Below are positions 11,217-19,333 of a stretch of DNA of 32,000 nucleotides, one piece after another. Source of the stretch: Alkanindiges sp. WGS2144 (GTDB taxonomy: Bacteria > Pseudomonadota > Gammaproteobacteria > Pseudomonadales > Moraxellaceae); NCBI RefSeq assembly GCF_043950625.1, contig NZ_CP171007.1. One strand, given 5' to 3'. The notes under the pieces were generated by a model. That model was given only the letters and a program-made list of their open reading frames with translations, ran no database searches and was not told where the DNA came from. The translations under genes and the position numbers were made by a program. Position 1 is the first letter of the stretch. Each line of letters starts with the position of its first letter.

Positions 11217-11993
11217 TTAGGCAGCCAGCACCCGCACCAGCGTTTGCATGGATTCTTCTCCACCACCCTGCCGGGTACCCCGTACTGGCGCACTATCCAG
11301 ATAATCGCGGCCAAACGCCAGGCTGACATGCTGGTCTAGACAGAACAATTGATTTGACGTATCAAAACAATACCATAACCCATCCAGATATACTTCTGCC
11401 CAGGCATGGGTAGATACATGAGTCGTATCTTCACTATACAAATAACCTGATACGTAACGTGCAGGTAACTTTAGCTGTCGGGCACAGGCCAAAAAAACAT
11501 GAGTATGATCCTGACATACGCCCTTAGCCAGATCAAAAGCCTCAGCCGCTGTGGTGTCAACTGTGGTGCTGTTTGGGGTATAGGGCATATGCTCAAGAAT
11601 GGCCGCTGACAGATCAATCAGATGGGCGCGTGTGGTGCCTTTGCCATGCCGGGCAATAAAATCACGCAATGGTTCATGGCAATGGGTGGTTTCAGTGGTA
11701 TGAGTAAAAAATACTGGAGGCAGGCTCTGGTCCATAATGCCTTCTACCGGGCTGGTTTCTACTTCGCCCTGAGCCATAATCAACAGCTCCTGATGCGGCT
11801 GGTTAACACTCAGGCTAGTCCAGATGTTGCCAAAGCCATCCTGCTGGGTACAACCTGAACCCGGCGTAACCAGTTGCCAGTTATTGACCCGCTGGTGGCC
11901 TCTGCTTTGCGGGGTAAGCCGGATGTACTGATTGCTTTGCTTCACCAGGCTCTCATAACAATAATGTGTTTGATGATTGATCACCAGCTTCAT
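11217..11993 (-). CDS. Transglutaminase-like cysteine protease family protein
   Basis: 258 aa with an N-terminal Bact_transglu_N-like region and the Cys-His-Asp triad context GVCQDHTHVF ... STHAWAEVYL ... WYCFDTSN. Its start overlaps the alpha-E stop (ATGA at 11990-11993). Confidence 0.85.
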   Translation of the reverse strand: MKLVINHQTHYCYESLVKQSNQYIRLTPQSRGHQRVNNWQLVTPGSGCTQQDGFGNIWTSLSVNQPHQELLIMAQGEVETSPVEGIMDQSLPPVFFTHTTETTHCHEPLRDFIARHGKGTTRAHLIDLSAAILEHMPYTPNSTTVDTTAAEAFDLAKGVCQDHTHVFLACARQLKLPARYVSGYLYSEDTTHVSTHAWAEVYLDGLWYCFDTSNQLFCLDQHVSLAFGRDYLDSAPVRGTRQGGGEESMQTLVRVLAA

Positions 11994-12592
11994 GGGCCTT
12001 CCTCAAACGATGCCTGCATCTGATCACAAAAATTATAAAGTGCAGTAATATCCTGCCGCTGCTGTAATTCAACCCAGGGTGCTTCCAGCGCCTGCCAGCC
12101 AATGGGTGACAGCATCTCAATCACAGTGCGTAAATCCAGAATTGCCATTTCAGGCGAGTGTTTTAAGCGCAGGGCGATATCAATTTGTTCAATACTTTGC
12201 CCAAGTTGCCAGAACAGGCGTACATTATCATCTTCATCAATAATGGTTTCGCAGCAATCAGAGATCAGCCCACATGCCCGGTCTTTAAACTGCTGACGTG
12301 GACTGGTCAGTATGTTCAGGCATTCAAACAGCTCCTGACTGATCACCCCACGCACATACTGCATATTTTCACGTACTACCTGTAAATTAGAGGGAATCGA
12401 AGCCGGCTGACTGGCATCGTACATCAACTGGTTTAAGGTGGCAGAATCCCAGGCGGGTAGACCAAAAGCCTGTGAGTATTCCAGTGCTTCATGATCATCA
12501 GTAAAAGGCAGCAGGCGGCATATTCCATCAATACGGATCATGAAACGGCCGAGCCAGTACAGGTTCGACGCCTTAGACAGTAACAAAATCAT
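11990..12592 (-). CDS. alpha-E domain protein (short, divergent)
   Basis: 200 aa. The N-terminal 'SKASNLYWLGRFMIRIDGICRLL' aligns by eye with the alpha-E signature 'R.AE..YW.GRY.ERAE..AR.L'. ATGA overlaps occur at both ends (12589-12592 and 11990-11993). Confidence 0.65.
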   Translation of the reverse strand: MILLLSKASNLYWLGRFMIRIDGICRLLPFTDDHEALEYSQAFGLPAWDSATLNQLMYDASQPASIPSNLQVVRENMQYVRGVISQELFECLNILTSPRQQFKDRACGLISDCCETIIDEDDNVRLFWQLGQSIEQIDIALRLKHSPEMAILDLRTVIEMLSPIGWQALEAPWVELQQRQDITALYNFCDQMQASFEEGP

Positions 12593-14133
12593 GCCATGCC
12601 CCCAGCCATACTGTGTGTCATCAGGGAAGTACGACTGTTTTCACTACTGACGATCCAGGTATCTTTAATGCCTCCGCCCTGCGATGAGTTGACCACCAGT
12701 GAACCCTGATTAAGCGCCACACGGGTCAAGCCCCCCGGTACAATCCGAACCTGACCAGGACTGCTCAATACAAAAGGCCGCAGATCAATATGCCGTGGTG
12801 CAATACCTTCTTCTACCAGCGCCGGGCATACTGATAAAGCAAGCGTGGGCTGGGCAATATAATTTGCGGGTGCCTTTAAAATGCGCTGCTTGAACTCTTC
12901 TTTTTCGCACTGACTTGCTTTGGGCCCAATGAGCATACCGTATCCTCCCGAACCCTGGGTTTCTTTGACTACCAGTTCGGAAAGATGAGATAACACATAG
13001 TTTAAGTCATCCTTTTTGCGGCACTGCCAGGTAGGAACATTATTTAAAACCGGTTTTTCACCCAGATAAAATTTGATCATGTCAGGAACATAAGGATAAA
13101 CAGACTTATCATCAGCCACGCCTGTACCCGGTGCATTGGCAATCATCACTTTACCGGCACGGTATGCTGCCATTAAGCCCGGAACACCCAGCATACTGTC
13201 CGGCCTAAAGGCCAGCGGGTCTAAAAACGGGTCATCCAGACGACGGTAAATCATATCTACCTTGATAGGCCCCCGAATCGACTTTAAAAAAACCTCATCT
13301 TTTTCTACAAACAAGTCAAAACTACTGACCAGCGGTACATCCATTGCCCGCGCCAAAAATGCATGCTCGTAATAAGCACTGTTAAAGCGGCCTGGCGTCC
13401 ATATCACAATAGTCGGATTAGTAACAGCTGAGCTGTCAACCAGCGTTTGCTTTAGCAGCGCCGGATAATCATGCACGGTAGCAATATGTTGCCGGGCGAA
13501 GATATCCGGCATTAATTGTTGGCTGATGGCGCGTCCTTCAAGCATATAGGAGACGCCCGAGGGCGTTCGCAGGTTGTCTTCCAGCACATAATACTGGCCA
13601 CTGCCATCACGAATCAGATCAATACCGCTAACGTGCGCATATACCTGACCGGGCAGATCTACATTTAACATCCAGGGCTGAAAGCTGTCATGGGCAATCA
13701 CTTGTTCAGCCGGTACAATACCTGAGCGAATAATGTCCTGCTTGTGGTACACATCATGCAAAAAAGCATTGAGTGCCCGAATGCGCTGCTCACAACCGGC
13801 ATGCAGCACTTGCCATTCTTTTTGCTCAATAATTCGCGGAATAATATCAAATGGAATGACCCGCTCTGTGCCATCAGCATCATGGTATACGGTGAAGGTA
13901 ATACCTTTTTTATAAAAATGTGCGGTTGCCTGCTCGCTGAGCGTTTTAAGCTGCTCAATGGATTGCTGATTCAGCCAGTGCATAAAATGTTGATAGCTTT
14001 GCCGTATATCACCCGTGTCATGGGTTACCTCACTAAAAAACTGCGTTGCTACGTGTTGGTTAAGCTCCTGAACAGGCGTTTTATCAGAAAAATGAATTAA
14101 ATTTTCATAAATCTCACCAGAGATTAATGTCAT
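12589..14133 (-). CDS. Circularly permuted type-2 ATP-grasp (carboxylate-amine ligase) protein
   Basis: 514 aa with strings characteristic of the COG2308 family: 'VLEDNLRTPSGVSYMLEGR', 'NSAYYEHAFLARAMDVPLV', 'VDMIYRRLDDPFLDPLAFRPDSMLGVPGL', 'ANAPGTGVADDKSVYPYVPDMIKFYLGE', 'RHIDLRPFVL', 'PGGLTRVAL..GSLVVNSSQGGGIKDTWI'. Confidence 0.85.
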   Translation of the reverse strand: MTLISGEIYENLIHFSDKTPVQELNQHVATQFFSEVTHDTGDIRQSYQHFMHWLNQQSIEQLKTLSEQATAHFYKKGITFTVYHDADGTERVIPFDIIPRIIEQKEWQVLHAGCEQRIRALNAFLHDVYHKQDIIRSGIVPAEQVIAHDSFQPWMLNVDLPGQVYAHVSGIDLIRDGSGQYYVLEDNLRTPSGVSYMLEGRAISQQLMPDIFARQHIATVHDYPALLKQTLVDSSAVTNPTIVIWTPGRFNSAYYEHAFLARAMDVPLVSSFDLFVEKDEVFLKSIRGPIKVDMIYRRLDDPFLDPLAFRPDSMLGVPGLMAAYRAGKVMIANAPGTGVADDKSVYPYVPDMIKFYLGEKPVLNNVPTWQCRKKDDLNYVLSHLSELVVKETQGSGGYGMLIGPKASQCEKEEFKQRILKAPANYIAQPTLALSVCPALVEEGIAPRHIDLRPFVLSSPGQVRIVPGGLTRVALNQGSLVVNSSQGGGIKDTWIVSSENSRTSLMTHSMAGGMA

Positions 14134-14754
14134 GATTGAGCCCTTCTCAAACGTATAAATCGTGTTATTTCAAGGCAAATATCAGACTGATGAAAAGGTA
14201 CATACCATCCACCAACCTGTTGGGCTGCATCAAAAAATCTGCAAGGCCTTAAGCGTTTTAAAAGCGCAATTTCCCTATATCCCTATAATGATTAAAGCGT
14301 TTAACCACAGTCATTAGCGTTATATAAGGCGTATTGTTTTTAGTGTAACAGTGCGTAGTTTTTGCTAGTGCTTTGCCACGAAGCTGTAATTATTTTTATG
14401 TCTGTATTACATTGTAAAAATACTGTATAGCTTCCCGGCACTGTTATTGCATAGCCCGCTTGCTCCATGAGCTCTATAACCCAGTCAGTTTATTCCAAAC
14501 CATGCGACTTCCCTGGCTGATTGTATTAATCACTAATTTCCATCATGCCCCTCAAATGATTCAACAATAAGCCTTGATAAAGAAATAGCCTGCCAAACAG
14601 TATTTACAGGCTGTTAAACAGATAAAAACCAGTTCTAAAAGCCCTGTCATGAAATAAACAGGACAAAAGCTAAGGAAACATGCTAAGTTTTATGATGGCT
14701 TGTCAAAAGCCAGTGAGCTGATAATAAGCATAATGCTGTACGGAGAGTTGGGGA

Positions 14755-15819
14755 ATGAATCTGCCAAAAAAAGCCAAAGCCAGTAAATCTGCTTCAAATG
14801 AGAAAGAAACGGTTAATAGCTTATACCGTCAGTGGCAGATTTTATCCAAGCTTCCTACCGGAAAATGGATTGGCACGCGTCAGTTGCAGGAACAGTTGCA
14901 ACGTGAGGGCATTGATATCAGCATTCGTACTATCCAGCGCGACTTAAACCAGATCGCTACCCGCTTTCCCATAGAAAGCAACAAGGAAACACCGCAAGGC
15001 TGGCGCTGGCAGGAAGATGCGCCTATTCAAAGTTTGCCGCACATGAACAGCTCACAGGCCGTAACCTTTATGATGGTAGAAGACCATTTAAAACACCTGC
15101 TGCCACCTAGTCTGCTTGATGAAATGCGCCCGTGGTTTGATCTGGCCAGACGTAGCCTGTCATCAGAACATAATAATGTACGCCAGTGGATTAACCGGGT
15201 ACGCATTGTCCCGGCTACCCAGCCACTGATCCCGCCTCCTGTGGATGCCAGGGCCCAGCAAAGCATTTATGAAGCACTGCTTCAGGATCGGCAGTTACGG
15301 GTTAGCTATAAGGCGCGTACCCATCAGGGCGAAGACAAGATTTATACCTTAAATCCACTGGCGCTGGTACAGCGTGGCGCAATCATTTATTTGATCTGTA
15401 CCCGGCATGACAAACCGGATATTCGTCAGTTTGCCCTACATCGCTTTAGTCAGGCTACTGTTCTGGACACCCGCTCCATGCATCCGGTTGACTTTAATAT
15501 TGATGATTATCTAGCCTCTGGTGCACTGGGTTTTGTATCGCATAATCACCAAACGGTTGAACCCGCCTTTATTGAACTATTGTTCCACCCCAAAGCCGGA
15601 CAAAGTTTTTTTGAATCACGTTTAAGTGAAGATCAAACCATAGAAAAACTGGATAGTGGCGAGGTGCGGGTCACTGCCACCGTTCCCCTGACTGCTCAGC
15701 TGGTGTGGTGGTTACGTGCTTATGGCAAATTGCTGATTGACGTCAAACCAAAATCTCTGGCAGAAGAAGTATATGAGACCGCATATTTGCCCAGTACCGA
15801 AGCAACCAGTAATGCCTGA
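14755..15819 (+). CDS. HTH-WYL-WCX transcriptional regulator (PafBC/CapW/BrxR-like architecture)
   Basis: 354 aa. It has an N-terminal wHTH (RQWQILSKLP.GKWIGTRQLQEQLQREGIDISIRTIQRDLNQI), a central WYL-type domain (YTLNPLALVQRGAIIYLICTRHDKPDIRQFALHRFSQATVL) and a C-terminal extension (VRVTATVPLTAQLVWWLRAYG). A GGAGAG SD lies upstream. The gene is divergent from the ATP-grasp/Anbu cassette. Confidence 0.8.
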   Translation: MNLPKKAKASKSASNEKETVNSLYRQWQILSKLPTGKWIGTRQLQEQLQREGIDISIRTIQRDLNQIATRFPIESNKETPQGWRWQEDAPIQSLPHMNSSQAVTFMMVEDHLKHLLPPSLLDEMRPWFDLARRSLSSEHNNVRQWINRVRIVPATQPLIPPPVDARAQQSIYEALLQDRQLRVSYKARTHQGEDKIYTLNPLALVQRGAIIYLICTRHDKPDIRQFALHRFSQATVLDTRSMHPVDFNIDDYLASGALGFVSHNHQTVEPAFIELLFHPKAGQSFFESRLSEDQTIEKLDSGEVRVTATVPLTAQLVWWLRAYGKLLIDVKPKSLAEEVYETAYLPSTEATSNA

Positions 15820-15847
15820 TTAAAAGATAGCTTTGGTTTTAAACGGG

Positions 15848-17335
15848 TTATTTTACCCTGAACTTACGGGCCTCCTGCATTTCATCCAGACGGTGCTCAA
15901 TCCGTGCCAACAGGCTGTGATTGCTTTTGGCTAAGGTGCGAGCCCGAATCAACGAGCGAATGGCACTATCTACCTCGCCCCGCCAAAACAGGTTTTCTGC
16001 CCGAAAGCGAAGAATTTGCAGGGTTTTTAGCTCACCTTCTGGCAAACGACTGGCCGCTGCTTCCATGGATTGCCACACCAGTGTATCACGCGGATTACTG
16101 CTGCTTAATGGCTGCAAAATATTCAGTGCTTCTTGGCCCTGACCGTTAACGCTATAAGCACGGGCAGTATAAATAGCCAGTGCCCGGTTTTCCGGCATGA
16201 TGCGATATTGTGGCAACAAAATATCTAAAGCCTGTTGTGGCTGATTGGCTTTTAGCTCAATTTCTGCCCGGGTAATTGCCACAATACTTGAGTCGGGCTG
16301 ACTGCCAGCAGCTTGTTCAGCCAGTTTGCGGGCCTGCGCATATTTACCCTGTTTGCCATAAAACATTGCCAAAGCCAAGGCCGCTGCCGGGTCCCGGGTT
16401 GCTGCGGTAGTGAGATGAGCTTCTGTGATCTGGTCGTTTAACACTGCAATACGGTACTGAATCAGGCGCAGGTTTTGCTCCTGATTCAAGTCCAGCGTAG
16501 CAGGTATTTTGGGGAACTGAGCGGCTCGCAGCCTTGCCTCACTCATACGTTCAGTAGATAACGGATGGGTGAGCCAAAAATCTGGCAGATAACTGACGCT
16601 ACCGGTCTTGCGGTTCATCACTTCAAAAAAATCAGCCATGGCCATGGGCTTATAACCAGCAGCATACATAAAGTGCATGCCTACCCGGTCAGCTTCACGC
16701 TCCTGATTACGGCTATAAGCCAGTTGACGATCAATCAGGGCAGCCTGCGTACCCAGTGCCACCGCCCCCGCAGCGTCAGAAGATTGTGAGGCCAGCAAAA
16801 TACTGGCCAGCATACCTCCCAAAGTCAGCAAGGCCTGGTGCTTAAATGCATCCTTGCTGCGGCTATAATGACGTTGTGAAACATGCGCTACCTCATGACC
16901 CATGACTCCTGCAATTTCATCAATATTTTTTGCCGATAAAATCAAACCGGTATTTAAGGCAAACAAACCGCCCGGAACAGCAAAAGCATTAATGGCATTG
17001 TCTTCAATAATGACCAGCCCAAGTGATGAACCCAACGATGTCGTACTGTAAATCCGGTTAAACACCTTGTTAAGCTCATCCTGAGTCCAGGCATCCTCAT
17101 ATAGTGGCAGTGCTTTGCCCACTTCCCGCAGTACCATTTCACCGATCTTGGTTTCCTGCTGTTGCTCCAGAATACTGGCACCTGCACCCAGATCAGGAAT
17201 ATCCAGGGTTTTACCCAGTTTGCTGGCAGTTCTTGACGACTGATCCGGCAAGTCAAACAGGCTGGTGTCAACAGCATAACTGGAAATACTACTTGTTAAG
17301 GCTAAACCAACCAGCAGCTTGGCAAAGGTGTTCAT
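15848..17335 (-). CDS. bepA: Periplasmic M48 metalloprotease with TPR domain (BepA/YfgC-like)
   Basis: 495 aa with a signal peptide (MNTFAKLLVGLALTSSISSYA), HEVAHVSQRH (HExxH), a downstream EREADRVG motif and a C-terminal TPR-like helical repeat region. Confidence 0.75.
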   Translation of the reverse strand: MNTFAKLLVGLALTSSISSYAVDTSLFDLPDQSSRTASKLGKTLDIPDLGAGASILEQQQETKIGEMVLREVGKALPLYEDAWTQDELNKVFNRIYSTTSLGSSLGLVIIEDNAINAFAVPGGLFALNTGLILSAKNIDEIAGVMGHEVAHVSQRHYSRSKDAFKHQALLTLGGMLASILLASQSSDAAGAVALGTQAALIDRQLAYSRNQEREADRVGMHFMYAAGYKPMAMADFFEVMNRKTGSVSYLPDFWLTHPLSTERMSEARLRAAQFPKIPATLDLNQEQNLRLIQYRIAVLNDQITEAHLTTAATRDPAAALALAMFYGKQGKYAQARKLAEQAAGSQPDSSIVAITRAEIELKANQPQQALDILLPQYRIMPENRALAIYTARAYSVNGQGQEALNILQPLSSSNPRDTLVWQSMEAAASRLPEGELKTLQILRFRAENLFWRGEVDSAIRSLIRARTLAKSNHSLLARIEHRLDEMQEARKFRVK

Positions 17336-17675
17336 GAATTTAGGTCAGATCCAAAAGAGTTTTACATCCACTTATCTGTCCATTGTGTAATGATTTTTGA
17401 ATTGGCTCTAGCATCTTTTTGCAATGCACCTTCATAAGCTCTTCACATAACCACCCTTCACACCCCAACGCTTTGCCTCTTAATAAGGGCAAAAGCCATC
17501 TACTTGCTATTGGTATAAATTACCAGATGATCCATTCACTTTTACCAGCTGGACTCTGGAATCTCTCTTTAGTTAGTAGGCTGACTGATCAATAATCATT
17601 ACTTACCAAAAGCCCACTATTTTAGAGGGGAGGTTTTATTACATTAAAAATAAATGAATAAACCTGGAGAATAAA

Positions 17676-18530
17676 ATGTCAATCGCCATTAGTGGTGCAA
17701 GCGGACGCCTTGGCCTCCATGTGATGAACCAATTGCTAAAGCGGGTACCTGCCCAGGAAATTGTAATGATTGTCCGTGATGTTCAGGCAGCTACTGCAAT
17801 TGCCCCGGCTGGTGTAGAAATTCGGCAGGTTGACTATAGCAGTATTATCAGTATGCACACAGCGCTGACCGGCATAGAGAAGCTGATCTTAATTGCCTCT
17901 AGCGAAATAGGCACATTGGCCGAAGCCCATTTTAACGTGATTGCTGCCGCACAAAATGCAGGAATCAGACACTTTGCCTATACCAGCTTATTGCATACTG
18001 ACCAATCCCAAATTGCACTGGCAAAAGAACATTTTTTAACTGAACAGGCGATTTTGAAATCCGGCTTAAATTATACAATCCTGCGCAACGGCTGGTACAC
18101 CGAAAACTATACAAACAACCTGAAAGCCGCAGTGGCACATTCTGTGCTGATCGGGGCGGCTGGAGAGGGTAAAATTAGTTCTGCCCTGCTTGGTGAATAT
18201 GCCGAGGCAGTGGCGATTATACTAACCACCCCAACCCACGAAAATAAAATTTATGAGCTGGCAGGTGATCAGGCTTTTACTATGGCTGAACTAGCAGCTG
18301 AAGTAAGTCGACAAACTGGCAAAAATATAGTGTATTTAAACCTGACTGAACACGACTATCGTGAAAAACTAATTAATCAGGGCACAGAACCTGCGCTGGC
18401 TAACCTGCTGGTCAACGCTGATATGGGAGCTACCCAGGGCGCGTTGTTTGATGATAGCGGCACACTACAACACCTGCTGGGGCGTCCGACTACCACTTTG
18501 CAAGAGGCAGTTAGACTGGCACTGGCCTGA
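17676..18530 (+). CDS. qorB: NmrA/SDR-type NAD(P)H:quinone oxidoreductase (QorB/YtfG-like)
   Basis: 284 aa, colinear with E. coli YtfG by eye (IAISGASGRLG..., FAYTSLLH.D.S...LA.EH..TE, LRNGWYTENY, IGAAGEGKISSA, YELAGD.AFT..ELAAE, GALFDDSGTL..LLGRPTTTL). Confidence 0.8.
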   Translation: MSIAISGASGRLGLHVMNQLLKRVPAQEIVMIVRDVQAATAIAPAGVEIRQVDYSSIISMHTALTGIEKLILIASSEIGTLAEAHFNVIAAAQNAGIRHFAYTSLLHTDQSQIALAKEHFLTEQAILKSGLNYTILRNGWYTENYTNNLKAAVAHSVLIGAAGEGKISSALLGEYAEAVAIILTTPTHENKIYELAGDQAFTMAELAAEVSRQTGKNIVYLNLTEHDYREKLINQGTEPALANLLVNADMGATQGALFDDSGTLQHLLGRPTTTLQEAVRLALA

Positions 18531-18555
18531 ATTCAAATCAATCTTGCCTTGAGTG

Positions 18556-19263
18556 CTAATCCATTTTTTTTGGATACAGCTTGTCATCAAACTGATCCAG
18601 TTCTGGAAATTCAAGGGGCTTAAGCTGCTCCAGATTGCCAAGATGTGCTTTGTAATCTGCCAAAATTTGCTCGCGGGCCTGCTGGCTAATGTATGGCACA
18701 TGATAAGCTGCAAATGGCGGCAATACCTCCATACCTACGTAATACAACGTACCGCGCAGCAATGGACGCAGCATGGTTTCAAGCTCACCATGAATCGCGT
18801 GTTCGCCAAACATATGCTCACGCCCACCCAGCGTAAAACTGAGCATGGCCTTTTTGCCTTTTAAACCGCCCTGATCATAAAAACGTTTGCCGCCATAAGT
18901 CAAACCAGAAATAAATACCCGGTCAATCCAGCCTTTCAGCATTGCTGGTACTGAAAACCAGAATATGGGAAAGCTAAAAATAATCAAATCTGCGGCTTTT
19001 ACTTTTTCAATTTCTGCCGCAATGTCAGGGGCAATGGTCTGGCTGTCATAACTGGTACGTTGTTCAAGCGCATACACCAGATAATCGGGATTTTTGCGGC
19101 TACCAAAATCTGCGCTTGACGCCACCGGATTAAAATTCATGGCGTATAAATCTGACACCACCACCTGATGCCCAGCCTTACCAAGTTCAGCCACTGCCAG
19201 ATCTTTCATGGCGGTGGTAAATGATTGCGGCTCAGGATGAGCGTGTACTATTAAAACATTCAT
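18556..19263 (-). CDS. Flavodoxin-like-fold NAD(P)H dehydrogenase (quinone), NQO1/Flavodoxin_2 family
   Basis: 235 aa: 'VLIVHAHPEPQSFT', 'DLYAMNFNPV', 'ADLIIFSFPIFWFSVPAMLKGWIDRV'. Confidence 0.8.
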   Translation of the reverse strand: MNVLIVHAHPEPQSFTTAMKDLAVAELGKAGHQVVVSDLYAMNFNPVASSADFGSRKNPDYLVYALEQRTSYDSQTIAPDIAAEIEKVKAADLIIFSFPIFWFSVPAMLKGWIDRVFISGLTYGGKRFYDQGGLKGKKAMLSFTLGGREHMFGEHAIHGELETMLRPLLRGTLYYVGMEVLPPFAAYHVPYISQQAREQILADYKAHLGNLEQLKPLEFPELDQFDDKLYPKKMD

Positions 19264-19333
19264 ATCAACCCTTTTATTTTAATTTCAAAATTTTCCCAAC
19301 ATACCATGCCGGTCAAGTACAGCACAGCTTAAA

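Noticed and set aside
14401-14430. SOS-box-like strings (TCTGTATTACATTGTA and TACTGTATAG) in the ATP-grasp/WYL spacer. They are tempting because PafBC-type WYL regulators are linked to DNA damage.
   Set aside because: Neither has the required CTGT-N8-ACAG dyad; the bases 8 nt downstream are GTAA and CCGG. These are half-sites only.
14341-14468. A 42-aa minus-strand ORF (MEQAGYAITVPGSYTVFLQCNTDIKIITASWQSTSKNYALLH) upstream of the ATP-grasp gene, considered as a possible Pup-like tag or RiPP-like precursor. I also checked a 34-aa plus-strand ORF starting at 14467 and a 29-aa Cys-rich minus-strand ORF starting at 14650.
   Set aside because: None has a credible Shine-Dalgarno sequence, a C-terminal Gly-Gly-Gln/Glu-type ligation motif or any recognisable family feature. 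ORFs of this size are expected by chance in 621 bp of AT-rich DNA. They are worth a ribosome-profiling check but cannot be supported from the sequence alone.
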